The notes beneath the pieces were generated by a model that saw only the letters and a list, made by a program, of their open reading frames with translations, ran no database searches and was not told where the DNA came from. Positions 40,077 through 49,256 of a DNA stretch of 64,000 nucleotides are shown here, piece after piece. The translations under genes were made by a program, and so were the position numbers. The DNA lies in the NCBI GenBank assembly GCA_000989765.1, contig LBOW01000001.1:118538-182537 (forward strand), read 5' to 3'. The stretch is from Candidatus Woesebacteria bacterium GW2011_GWB1_33_22 (GTDB lineage Bacteria; Patescibacteriota; Microgenomatia; UBA8517). The first letter of the stretch is position 1, and each line of letters begins with the position of its first letter.

Positions 40077-41097
40077 TTGGTTACTGGTTATTCCTATTTT
40101 TTTACTACTGGTTTTTAGTTTTTTTATTTTAAATTCAATTAGTCCTTTAAGTTTTCCATCCTATTATTGGTATATTGGTTTGGGAATTTTAGCATTCTTG
40201 TTTTTTTCACTTTTTGATTTTGAGATAGTCTCTGCCTTTTCCAAATATTTTTATATATTAAGTATTTTGTTATTGGTTATTACGTTAATTATCGGTCAAG
40301 TTACAAGGGGTACTGTTCGTTGGATTCCATTGGGTTCTGTTTCAATTCAACCTTCTGAAATAGTCAGACCATTTTTACTCATTTTTTTTGCAAATTATAT
40401 AACTCAAAAAAAATTAAATTTTAAACGGCTTTTACAAATAATTATTTTAATGGGATTTCCCTTAATACTTATTTTAATTCAACCGTCTCTAGGAGTTACT
40501 GCCTTGACAGCAATAGGGTTTTTGGGTTTATTTCTAGCTTCAGAAATAGATAAGAAAAGTATATTGTATATAGTATTTAGTATATTGGTCATAGCGCCGT
40601 TTATATTCTTGGTTTTAAAGCCATATCAACAAAATCGTTTAACTGCATTTTTAGACCCTTCCAAAGATCCACAGGGTGCAGGATACAATGCAATTCAATC
40701 AACAATTTCTGTAGGATCTGGGAAGTTTTTAGGTAGGGGATTGGGGAGGGGTGTTGGAACGCAACTAGCATTTCTTCCTGAACACAGTACTGATTTTATA
40801 TTTGCTTCAATTGCTGAAGAAATGGGGTTTGTGGGAGCAGTTGTGCTTTTAGTCTTAACTTTTTCACTTCTTTATAGGTTAATAAGATATACTGAAAATG
40901 CAATTAATATTCCTGCAAGACTTTTTTTGGGTGGTCTGGTTTTAACACTTTTTGCACAAGTAACAGTTCATGTAGGTATGAACATGGGACTTTTTCCTAT
41001 TACAGGAGTTCCCTATCCACTAGTTTCTGCGGGTGGTAGTTCGTTATTGGCTACCATGACCTCCCTAGGTATTGCCATGGGAACAAAAAAAAGTTAA
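40060..41097 (+). CDS. rodA: SEDS protein RodA
   Basis: GTVRWI, QPSE, PYQQNRL, GYNAIQS, LPEHSTDFIF. Confidence 0.85.
   Translation: MLQKFDWLLVIPIFLLLVFSFFILNSISPLSFPSYYWYIGLGILAFLFFSLFDFEIVSAFSKYFYILSILLLVITLIIGQVTRGTVRWIPLGSVSIQPSEIVRPFLLIFFANYITQKKLNFKRLLQIIILMGFPLILILIQPSLGVTALTAIGFLGLFLASEIDKKSILYIVFSILVIAPFIFLVLKPYQQNRLTAFLDPSKDPQGAGYNAIQSTISVGSGKFLGRGLGRGVGTQLAFLPEHSTDFIFASIAEEMGFVGAVVLLVLTFSLLYRLIRYTENAINIPARLFLGGLVLTLFAQVTVHVGMNMGLFPITGVPYPLVSAGGSSLLATMTSLGIAMGTKKS
40558..40588 (+). repeat. 7-bp array (ATATAGT family) in rodA
   Basis: AGT ATATTGT ATATAGT ATTTAGT ATATTGG. Confidence 0.55.
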
Positions 41098-41108
41098 AAT
41101 AGCAATCT

Positions 41109-41417
41109 ATGGACAAATTTGCAGTTATAAGAATTGGTGGAAAGCAATATAGAGTTTCTGAGGGTGAAGAGATTTTGGTTGACAAACTAACTGATCTTAA
41201 AACTTTGCCTGAGGTTTTATTAATTGCAGATGGCGAAAAAGTTGAGATCGGAAAACCAGTTTTAACCAAGTCCAAAGTCACACTTAAAGTTGTAACTGAA
41301 GTTGAAAAAGGTGAAAAGATTGATATCTTTAAATATAAAGCTAAATCAAGAGAAAGAAGACATGTTGGATTTCGTCCAAAGTACACCAGACTTCTTGTAC
41401 AAAAAATATCAAACTGA
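41109..41417 (+). CDS. rplU: 50S ribosomal protein L21
   Basis: FAVIRIGGKQYRV, KGEKI. Confidence 0.95.
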   Translation: MDKFAVIRIGGKQYRVSEGEEILVDKLTDLKTLPEVLLIADGEKVEIGKPVLTKSKVTLKVVTEVEKGEKIDIFKYKAKSRERRHVGFRPKYTRLLVQKISN

Positions 41418-41431
41418 TATCTTTTAATCAC

Positions 41432-41460
41432 TTGACAACTGTGAAAAGGTGCATTATATT
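41432..41460 (+). promoter_or_regulatory. promoter upstream of rpmA
   Basis: TTGACA-17 bp-TATATT. Confidence 0.6.
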
Positions 41461-41471
41461 GTCATTTAAGT

Positions 41472-41723
41472 ATGTCAACTCACAAAGCAGCAGGAAAAGC
41501 TAAACAACACGTAAGTCCAACAGGCAAAAGACTTGGTACAAAAGTATCTGGAATGCAGAAAGTAAACGCTGGGGAAATTTTAGTTCGTCAAAATGGGACT
41601 AAAATTGGAGCAGGAGTAAACGTTAAAGTGGGTCGCAATCAATCTCTATACGCTGTTAAATCTGGAGTTGTTAAATTTTCAACTAAATTAGGTAAAAAGT
41701 TAGTAAATATTATTACAAAATAA
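41472..41723 (+). CDS. rpmA: 50S ribosomal protein L27
   Basis: KRLGTK, GEILVRQNGTK, NVKVG. Confidence 0.95.
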   Translation: MSTHKAAGKAKQHVSPTGKRLGTKVSGMQKVNAGEILVRQNGTKIGAGVNVKVGRNQSLYAVKSGVVKFSTKLGKKLVNIITK

Positions 41724-42541
41724 TGGCGGAAGAAGTAATACAACTTGATATAAACCAGCTCCAGCCCAATCCATTACAGCCTCGTGGTGCAATTACTCCA
41801 GAAAGTTTAGTAGATTTAGTTGATTCTATCCGTGAACACGGAATTTTAGAGCCTTTAGTAATTGCTTTAACTCCAGCAGGTTATCAAATAATTGCAGGAG
41901 AAAGAAGATGGAGAGCTAGTAAGCTTGCAGGACTAACTCATGTTCCTGTAATTATTCGTGAAACAACGCCTAAGGGAATGCTTGAGATGGCAATTGTTGA
42001 AAATGTGCAAAGGGTTGACTTAAATGCCCTAGATCGTGCCAAAGGTTTTGAAAGGTTGATGGATGAGTTTGGATTAACTACATCTGAGGTTGCAGTCAGA
42101 ATTGGTAAGTCTGTTGCCTATGTATCTAACTCTTTAAGACTTTTAACCCTCCCAGATGCTTTAAAAGATGGACTTCTCTCGGGACTTGTTTCAGAGGGTC
42201 ATGCAAGGGCCTTAGCAGCAATTGATGATGTTGATTTAATGGTTGAAGCTTATAAGATAATTCTTCGTGAATCAGGATCTGTAAGACGCGCTGAGGAACT
42301 TGCAAGACGGATGAAAGCTCAAGTCCAACAAAAACCAAGAGTTAATTTACCTAAAATGCATATAGTTTCTGAAGAAATTGATAATATGAAATTGGGTTTT
42401 GAAAAAGCATTGGGAGAAAAACATCAAGTTAGACTTGCAAGAAGTAGACGCGAGACAAGACTTACTTTTATTTTAAAAGGGTCTCTTGATGAAACTGAAA
42501 ATACACTTCAATTAATCTATAAAGCTGTTGCAAGTAACTAG
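41723..42541 (+). CDS. parB: ParB/Spo0J partition protein
   Basis: PNPLQPR, GILEP, IAGERRWRA, ENVQR. Confidence 0.92.
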   Translation: MAEEVIQLDINQLQPNPLQPRGAITPESLVDLVDSIREHGILEPLVIALTPAGYQIIAGERRWRASKLAGLTHVPVIIRETTPKGMLEMAIVENVQRVDLNALDRAKGFERLMDEFGLTTSEVAVRIGKSVAYVSNSLRLLTLPDALKDGLLSGLVSEGHARALAAIDDVDLMVEAYKIILRESGSVRRAEELARRMKAQVQQKPRVNLPKMHIVSEEIDNMKLGFEKALGEKHQVRLARSRRETRLTFILKGSLDETENTLQLIYKAVASN

Positions 42542-42565
42542 AATCTAGTACCTAGTAGCTAGGTT
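42538..42565. repeat. 7-bp array (CTAGNNN) at the parB/lepB convergence
   Basis: CTAGAAT CTAGTAC CTAGTAG CTAGGTT. Confidence 0.65.
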
Positions 42566-43094
42566 GGGGGACGATTCCTGCTAAATTAAATGGGAAATAG
42601 ATAAGCCAAGCCTTGCCTGTTATTACCTTTTTAGTAATTGGTCCCCAAGCTCTTGAATCTGATGAATGAGGTCTATTGTCTCCCATAACAAAATAATTAC
42701 CATCTGGAACAGTGTAATTTTCACCTTCAGATAAAAAAGCACCTGATAAAGTATCAACTTTAATATAATCTTCAATTAATTCTTGATTGTTTAAAAATAC
42801 TTTACCGTTTAAAACTGAAATATTATCCCCAGGAAGACCAATTATCCTTTTTATAAATTCATCTTCAGATATTGGGGGTTTAAAAACAACAACATCACCT
42901 CTTTGTGGATCATGTCTATAGTAATTTACTTTTTCAGTTAAAAGATATTCTCCGTCAGGAAAATTAGGATGCATAGATTGACCCTTTATCTTGTGTGGTC
43001 TTAAAATTAAAAGATAAACAATTAAAAATATTCCAACTGCAAGAACTATAACTTCCAAAATATCCATGAAAAAAGCGCCAAGTTTAGATAACAT
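42552..43094 (-). CDS. lepB: signal peptidase I
   Basis: GQSMHP, FIKRIIGLPGD, GDNR..SSDSR; reads from CAT at 43092-43094, so minus strand (track says +). Confidence 0.92.
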   Translation of the reverse strand: MLSKLGAFFMDILEVIVLAVGIFLIVYLLILRPHKIKGQSMHPNFPDGEYLLTEKVNYYRHDPQRGDVVVFKPPISEDEFIKRIIGLPGDNISVLNGKVFLNNQELIEDYIKVDTLSGAFLSEGENYTVPDGNYFVMGDNRPHSSDSRAWGPITKKVITGKAWLIYFPFNLAGIVPQPSY

Positions 43095-43099
43095 CTTAA

Positions 43100-44161
43100 T
43101 TAATATAATATCACATCATGAACACCATTTTCTCTTACACCATTAGGGGTTACTCTTATAAATTTTGCCTTTTTCCAAAGTTCATTAATATTCTTAGCGC
43201 CACAATATGAATAGCCAGATCTAATATTAGCTAGCCACCTTTCCATGCTATGTGCAAGTGGACCTTTATATGGAACAAGACTTTCTACCCCTTCTATATG
43301 ATTTGTATAAGTTCCTGGAAGACATTTTAAGTTTTCTACATGTTTTTTCTTTTCAGTCAAAGACGTTGAAGCGTTGTACATTTTGTATTTCTCTTCACCC
43401 TTAATAACAATTTCGCCTGGGGCTTCGTCATGCCCTGCAAATTGACTGCCAGAAATCACAGCAGACGCTCCAGCTGCTAATCCTTTGACAATATCTCCTG
43501 AATTTTTTGTTCCACCGTCACAAAGTACAGTTTTTTTATATTTTCTGGCGGCTCTAGCACAATCAATTACTGCAGTTATTTGAGGAACGCCAAAACCTGT
43601 TTCTTGTCTTGTGATACATATTGTTCCTGGTCCAACCCCTACTCTAACTGAATCGGATCCTGCCTTATAAAGAGCCTCGGCTGTTTCATATGTACCAACA
43701 ACTCCAGATATAATATCAGTTAGTTTTCCAAACTTTTGTTTAAGTTCAGCTGTTGCGTCAAGAGCCTGTTGCATACCTGCATGGGCTACATCAAGAGTTA
43801 TAATGTCAGCTCCAGCCTTGACAAGCATTTCAGCTCGTTCTAGATAATTATCTTTGCATCCAACTGCAGCCCCAACCAAAACCCCCGCCATTTTAACTTG
43901 AGATACCATATCTGCTTGTTTTTCAGCTGTGTCAAATCTAGGCAAAAACCCAAGACCGCCAAGTTTACCTAATGAAATTGCCATATCAACACCTGTAACG
44001 TCACTCATATTAATACTGATTAGAGGAATAGCTAATTTCACTCTTGGTGTAATTTGGGTTGAAAGATCTACATCAGACCGACTTTTGATATCAGAATAAC
44101 TGGGTACAAGAAGTACATCGTCATACGACAAGGCTAATGGTATGTCTTTAACTTTTTTCAC
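43100..44161 (-). CDS. IMP dehydrogenase / GMP reductase family protein, no CBS domains
   Basis: LSYDDVLLVP, GVGPGTICITR, DGG, EGVE; GTG start on minus strand (track says +). Confidence 0.85.
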   Translation of the reverse strand: MKKVKDIPLALSYDDVLLVPSYSDIKSRSDVDLSTQITPRVKLAIPLISINMSDVTGVDMAISLGKLGGLGFLPRFDTAEKQADMVSQVKMAGVLVGAAVGCKDNYLERAEMLVKAGADIITLDVAHAGMQQALDATAELKQKFGKLTDIISGVVGTYETAEALYKAGSDSVRVGVGPGTICITRQETGFGVPQITAVIDCARAARKYKKTVLCDGGTKNSGDIVKGLAAGASAVISGSQFAGHDEAPGEIVIKGEEKYKMYNASTSLTEKKKHVENLKCLPGTYTNHIEGVESLVPYKGPLAHSMERWLANIRSGYSYCGAKNINELWKKAKFIRVTPNGVRENGVHDVILY

Positions 44162-44172
44162 AACAATTACTA

Positions 44173-44201
44173 AATGTAGAGTAATGTCTAACTCATGTCA
44201 A
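44173..44201 (-). promoter_or_regulatory. promoter for guaB-like/lepB
   Basis: Minus strand TTGACA-17 bp-TACATT. Confidence 0.55.
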
Positions 44202-44269
44202 TTCTGTGAAAGGCTTCTAAAAAATGATATGATTACTCTAATATACTGGTATATTGTTAAGGATATACT

Positions 44270-44343
44270 GGTCGCATAGCTCAGCTGGTTAGAGCGTACG
44301 ATTCACATTCGTAAGGTCCTTGGTTCGATCCCAAGTGCGACCA
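44270..44343 (+). tRNA. tRNA-Val (CAC)
   Basis: Acceptor GGTCGCA/TGCGACC, D stem GCTC/GAGC, anticodon stem TACGA/TCGTA with loop TTCACAT, T arm CTTGG-TTCGATC-CCAAG; CCA not encoded. Confidence 0.93.
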
Positions 44344-44756
44344 CAAGTTCGACCATACATAAAACTATCCATACTGAAATAATCAATTATAAAGATTGAT
44401 AAAATAATCGAAATTATGAAACCTATTATTATCAAATAAAAATTTTTCTTGTACGAAAAATCGTATTTTTTAAGCATTATTATTCCAACCACAATCCCAA
44501 TAATGGCAACAATTGGAGCCCAAATGGGGAAGTCTGATATTATCTGTTGAAATCTAACGGTTGCCATTGGACCATGTGCTTTTATTGAAAACATAAAAAT
44601 TCTAATTGAAAAAATGGTAACTATATAGCTTGATGCTAATCCAAAAATTAGTGCTAATGAGCCTAGAGTAAAATACCATCTGGGCTTCATTTTTATTTGC
44701 CCAGTTTTTATTTTGGACATAATTTTGTCTGTTAAATCTAATTTATTTTCTTGCAT
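44289..44756 (-). pseudogene. 3-TM protein downstream of ECF sigma, likely 3'-truncated
   Basis: Last ~18 codons are the antisense of the tRNA. Confidence 0.5.
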
Positions 44757-45020
44757 ATTTTTTTAATAAAGACATCTTACCAAAATATTTACTAACTTCA
44801 GCAGTTATTTCTTTTTATCAAAACTATTTAAATTAATAAAACCCTTAATTAAAGCTTCTTGAACAATGTTAGTCGATTGCTGTTCATCATTAACTAAATA
44901 ATTTGCATATCTTAATAGTTTGTTTTGGTATCTTCTGACTATTAACGTATACAATTCTTGATCTTTCGATCTAATAATTTCAACCAACTCTTCATCCGTT
45001 GTTTTTTCGTAATTGTTCAT
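44738..45020 (-). pseudogene. ECF sigma factor remnant
   Basis: TDEELV..IVRRYQNKLLRYA..VQEALIK region-2 start, stop after 71 aa; short C-terminal remnant FIKKICKKIN* overlapping the next ATG. Confidence 0.65.
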
Positions 45021-45056
45021 CTTTGTTCATTTAATACTTTTAAGATAAATGCCAAA

Positions 45057-45080
45057 ACCCCGATCTTAATTAATCGGGGT
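45057..45080 (-). terminator. hairpin, probable terminator
   Basis: ACCCCGAT-8 nt-ATCGGGGT with short T run on minus strand, downstream of 45104-45331. Confidence 0.45.
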
Positions 45081-45103
45081 GGCATATGGATAACGATTAT
45101 CTT

Positions 45104-45331
45104 TTAAAACCTACTCATTCCAAGACCTAACTCAGCTTGTATTTTCTGAGCTTCTACAAATTTAGCAAAGTTATCCTTGTTAACAACTTGGGTAACTTTA
45201 CCTTTACCTTGCATTAAGTTTGACCTGGCGTTAAAGTCTTTGTTTTCAAAAGCATTTGACGTAGTTATAGCAAAAATACCTACTCCTACTACCAATGCTC
45301 CTAAACCTAAAACTAATGATTGTTTTGTCAT
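45104..45331 (-). CDS. small exported hypothetical protein, possibly internally deleted
   Basis: SD AGGAGGTGA upstream; signal-like N-terminus. Confidence 0.5.
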   Translation of the reverse strand: MTKQSLVLGLGALVVGVGIFAITTSNAFENKDFNARSNLMQGKGKVTQVVNKDNFAKFVEAQKIQAELGLGMSRF

Positions 45332-45446
45332 TTTAATAAATCACCTCCTTGTCTACTATTAATACAAAATTCATGCCAATTTTATTTCATGCCTTTTAAC
45401 TTTTGTGATAAAATTTATTCTAGTAAAATTGTAAATCCGTAAAAAT

Positions 45447-46253
45447 ATGAAAAAAATCAAGGTTCAGGGACATAAAATAACCGTTATTTTTGGTAGTGAA
45501 CGAGATTTTATATCTTTAACTGATATGTTGAGAGCAAAAGATGGGGATTTTTTTATTTCTGACTGGCTTAGAAATCGAAACACTATTGAGTTTTTGGGGA
45601 TTTGGGAACGAATTAATAACCCAAATTTTAATTGGGGCGAATTCGCCATAATTAAAAGTCAGACTGGTTTAAATAGCTATAAAATAAGTATCAAGGAATG
45701 GGTACAAAAAACAAAAGCGATAGGACTTCGCGCAACTGCGGGAAGATATGGGGGAACTTATGCTCATAAAGATATAGCTTTTGAGTTTGGATCTTGGATT
45801 TCACCAGAATTTAAACTATATCTGATTAAGGAATTTCAGCGATTGAAAACTGAAGAGAATGAAAGATTGGTATTAGGTTGGGATTTAAAAAGACAATTAA
45901 CTAAAATAAATTATAAAATTCACACAGATTCAATTAAAGATAACTTGTTACCTAAGTCGATTACAAAACAACAAGCACAAATAATTTATGCAAATGAGGC
46001 AGATATTTTAAATGTTGCCTTATATGGAAAAACTGCTAGAGAATGGCAAATCGAAAATAAAGGAAAAGAAGGCAATATTAGAGATTACTCGGATGTTTTA
46101 CAACTTGTGGTTTTAGCAAACCTTGAAGGTATTAATGCTGAATTAATTCGGAGAGGTATATCACAGTCTGAAAGGTTAATACAACTTAATTCAATTGCAA
46201 TTTCTCAAATAAAATCATTAACAAATAATTCATCACTTAAAAAATTAAAATGA
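45447..46253 (+). CDS. KilA-N domain DNA-binding protein
   Basis: DFISLTDM, WLRNRNTIEFLGIWE, GRYGGTYAHKDIAFEF..WISPEFKLYLI. Confidence 0.88.
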   Translation: MKKIKVQGHKITVIFGSERDFISLTDMLRAKDGDFFISDWLRNRNTIEFLGIWERINNPNFNWGEFAIIKSQTGLNSYKISIKEWVQKTKAIGLRATAGRYGGTYAHKDIAFEFGSWISPEFKLYLIKEFQRLKTEENERLVLGWDLKRQLTKINYKIHTDSIKDNLLPKSITKQQAQIIYANEADILNVALYGKTAREWQIENKGKEGNIRDYSDVLQLVVLANLEGINAELIRRGISQSERLIQLNSIAISQIKSLTNNSSLKKLK

Positions 46254-46798
46254 CAAACTTAGAAATTATTAATCTTTTACAAAGAATTACAGGTCTCGTT
46301 GCTTTGGGGTTAATTACTTTTCAAATTTATCTTGGTGCAAGTCAGAAAGCCATAAAGTTTCATAAATTAAATGGTATCTTAGCTTACACTTTTATATTAA
46401 TTCATCCTATTCTTTTCTTGTTAAGTAGGAAAATTATTTATGACAGATTTGATTTTTATTATATTTTTGTCGATGCCTGTGTTATATGTGATAAACCATA
46501 TGATTTTTTAATAAATTTTGGAAGAATTGCATTCTATTTAATAACAACTGCTGTTTTGGCTGTTAAACTTCGTGGTGTAGTGCCATGGTTAAAAACAAAT
46601 TGGAGAAAATTACACGTATTAAATTACCTAGCTTTCTATTTTGTTTCTTTGCACTCTATAAATATTGGAACTGACTCAAGAAGCACTTGGTTTATTGTTT
46701 ATTTTGCAGTTTGTCAGATAATTGTTTTGTATTCGATTATTAATCGATTAAAGAGAGCAAATTTTGCTGTAAAATTAAAGAGTATGTTTGGTCGATAA
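46250..46798 (+). CDS. ferric reductase-like transmembrane protein
   Basis: TM helices with His pairs; WRKLHVLNY. Confidence 0.65.
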   Translation: MTNLEIINLLQRITGLVALGLITFQIYLGASQKAIKFHKLNGILAYTFILIHPILFLLSRKIIYDRFDFYYIFVDACVICDKPYDFLINFGRIAFYLITTAVLAVKLRGVVPWLKTNWRKLHVLNYLAFYFVSLHSINIGTDSRSTWFIVYFAVCQIIVLYSIINRLKRANFAVKLKSMFGR

Positions 46799-48365
46799 AC
46801 CTAGGTGTATACATTCTGATTTGATTTATTAAAGATCTAATAATAATTTTATTTGGATATCTCTTATAAATCTGAAGATGCACTTTAATTGTTTGATAAA
46901 TACCTCTGTTTTTAATTAATTTGTCAGAATATGCATTATCAAGATCTTTAATAATTTCATCAATTGTAACAGCAACTTTATTTTGTGAATTGTAATTAAT
47001 ATTATACGTATCTAGATCGTTAGCAAATAATATTCCTGGAAAAGAATTTTGAGTAACATTCCCGTTTTCATCATATAAATATGAATCCAATACATAATCT
47101 CCTGTTGGCCCAGTCAGCTTTAATTTATAAATACCGTCAGCTGGCTTTTCAAATGTTAAAACTAAAAGCGATCCACCTTCATTTTTAATTGATTCTTCAA
47201 TATATTTAATAGTCTCTATAATATTTCCATTTGAATCCAATAATTCCAAATTATAATTAAAATCAACAACAAACATCATATATGAAAGATCAGAATGAGT
47301 TGGAGTGTATGAATTTATTGCTAAATAATTATCACCATAACTTTCCAAAGTATTTCTAGTCGCATAACCTGGATCATTTATAAAATATGTATCGTATTTT
47401 TTACCTGTAGCTACGATAAAATGACCAGGCTCTTTTAAAATTACAGGATGTAAGCTACTTAACTCACTGTCTAATTTGTCATCATCAACTCCTAATCGTT
47501 TATACTCAAGAGTAGGAGAAGAATTACTATCATTAATTTTTGTAAAACGAGAAACTGCAAGCCAGTTAATTAAACCATTTCTAATGTAACCATCTGATTG
47601 ACTATTTAACCAATTATTTAAAGTGTCTGGCATTGTATTATGACCATGATATTTTAAAACCATGACTGCAGAAGTTAAGGCACAGCCCCAATCTTTAATT
47701 GTTTTGATAGTGTGATCATAAACTTGATTTTCCCAACCTCCTTCGTATTGTTTGATATTTGGCACCCCCATAGGTGTTTGTGTGGGAGTTGCCGTTATGG
47801 TTGGTGTTGCAGTAACTGTGGGTGTTGAAGTAGCAGTTGCTGTAGCTGTCATCGTCGCCGTAGCGGTGGCAGTTGCAGTTGGGGTACTGACAATCCCAGT
47901 TCTTGCGCAATCTGTCCATGTTGCCCCTTCAGCTGTTGTGCCAGGAAGTACGCCATACATAATTCTTAATGATTCATATGTTGGTGAAATATTAAAATCA
48001 AGCCCATAAATACCGTTCGGTAATAGATGATATGTCCCCGAAGGGATCTCATAACTCCAATATTCGCCTGTCCCACTGTTTTGTTTACATGCAATTGTTC
48101 CTTTTCCGTTCTCATTTACACATTGCGGGTCAGAATAATAATTCCAGGGCGTACCTATGTCTGGGGAATAAACATTTGTAATAATTGCTGAACCGTTTCG
48201 GCGGATATACTGAATAACAGCTAATTTGTCTGTGTCAGATGTTATTGAAAAATCTAAATGATTGTTAGTAATAGTTGCTTCGTAAGTACAAGTAGAAGCA
48301 AATATAGGGGACGGAAATATAGTAAAATAAACAAACGTCAAAATTAATACAATTCTGTATCGCAT
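46740..48365 (-). CDS. secreted C39-like peptidase with Thr/Ala/Pro linker
   Basis: Signal peptide; (TA/TP)n linker; KQY..W..WGCALTS..GHFIVATG..INDPG. Confidence 0.7.
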   Translation of the reverse strand: MRYRIVLILTFVYFTIFPSPIFASTCTYEATITNNHLDFSITSDTDKLAVIQYIRRNGSAIITNVYSPDIGTPWNYYSDPQCVNENGKGTIACKQNSGTGEYWSYEIPSGTYHLLPNGIYGLDFNISPTYESLRIMYGVLPGTTAEGATWTDCARTGIVSTPTATATATATMTATATATSTPTVTATPTITATPTQTPMGVPNIKQYEGGWENQVYDHTIKTIKDWGCALTSAVMVLKYHGHNTMPDTLNNWLNSQSDGYIRNGLINWLAVSRFTKINDSNSSPTLEYKRLGVDDDKLDSELSSLHPVILKEPGHFIVATGKKYDTYFINDPGYATRNTLESYGDNYLAINSYTPTHSDLSYMMFVVDFNYNLELLDSNGNIIETIKYIEESIKNEGGSLLVLTFEKPADGIYKLKLTGPTGDYVLDSYLYDENGNVTQNSFPGILFANDLDTYNINYNSQNKVAVTIDEIIKDLDNAYSDKLIKNRGIYQTIKVHLQIYKRYPNKIIIRSLINQIRMYTPRFIDQTYSLILQQNLLSLID

Positions 48366-48467
48366 AGTCGACCTTATACAGTTTGTGATATGTAAAACTT
48401 TGTGTCAAGATGCAATATAAGTATTTTATGGTCTTTGACTTATGTTTGGTAAAATGTAATATATAAA

Positions 48468-49244
48468 ATGAGGCTCAATTTAATCGGAAAGTCAAAATAT
48501 ATATTTGAAATCATTAAAAGTTATAAGAATTGGTACAAAATACTAATTAATCGGTTGACTGGGTTAAATACAAACGAAATTTATCTTAGGAATGGAATTA
48601 TTATAACAGGTGGAAAAAGAAGTAGCGTTTTGGATTTATCGTCTGAAATATTTATAAATCAGATATATAATCCTGACAATTTACATATCAAACAAGGAGA
48701 CACTGTTGTAGATATCGGTGCAAACATCGGAGTGTTCGGACTATATGCAAAAAAACATTCAGCTGGAAGTATCTATGAAATTGAACCCTTGTCAGAGAAT
48801 ATAACTTTAATCAAAAACAACTTTAAGAATAATAATTTTAGAACCCCAACTATTATTAATGTGGCGGTATCAAATAAAAATGGTTTTAGTAAACTTTATT
48901 TAGGAAATCTAGATTCTCATGGGTTACTTTTTGATCATAATTATCAGCAACAATTTACTAAGTATAAAATAGTAAAAACAATGACATTGGACACGATAAT
49001 TAAAATGTATAAAATAAATCATATTAACTATTTGAAAATAGATTGTGAAGGTAGTGAAGGTGATATTATCAAGTCAATAAATAATAAGACTTGGAAGATA
49101 ATAGATAAAATTGTATTAGAATATCATGATGGAGTATCAACATTACATCATACTGGAATAATGCAATATTTGAAGGTAAATGGTTATAAGCTAAAAGTAA
49201 ATAAAACAGGGGAATCATTTGGATATATTTATGCATGGAAATAG
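48468..49244 (+). CDS. FkbM family methyltransferase
   Basis: VVDIGANIG, LKIDCEGSE, LEYH. Confidence 0.9.
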   Translation: MRLNLIGKSKYIFEIIKSYKNWYKILINRLTGLNTNEIYLRNGIIITGGKRSSVLDLSSEIFINQIYNPDNLHIKQGDTVVDIGANIGVFGLYAKKHSAGSIYEIEPLSENITLIKNNFKNNNFRTPTIINVAVSNKNGFSKLYLGNLDSHGLLFDHNYQQQFTKYKIVKTMTLDTIIKMYKINHINYLKIDCEGSEGDIIKSINNKTWKIIDKIVLEYHDGVSTLHHTGIMQYLKVNGYKLKVNKTGESFGYIYAWK

Positions 49245-49256
49245 CAACCAATTTAT

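Noticed and set aside
41723..42541. parS site near parB
   Set aside because: No TGTTTCACGTGAAACA-like palindrome seen
44241..44272. ATATACTGGT direct repeat before the tRNA as an att site
   Set aside because: Only 10 bp, at the 5' side of the tRNA, and no integrase nearby
47770..47890. Low-complexity GTTGC/GTAGC repeats
   Set aside because: Codon-period repeat explained by the Thr/Ala/Pro linker; not part of the heptamer class
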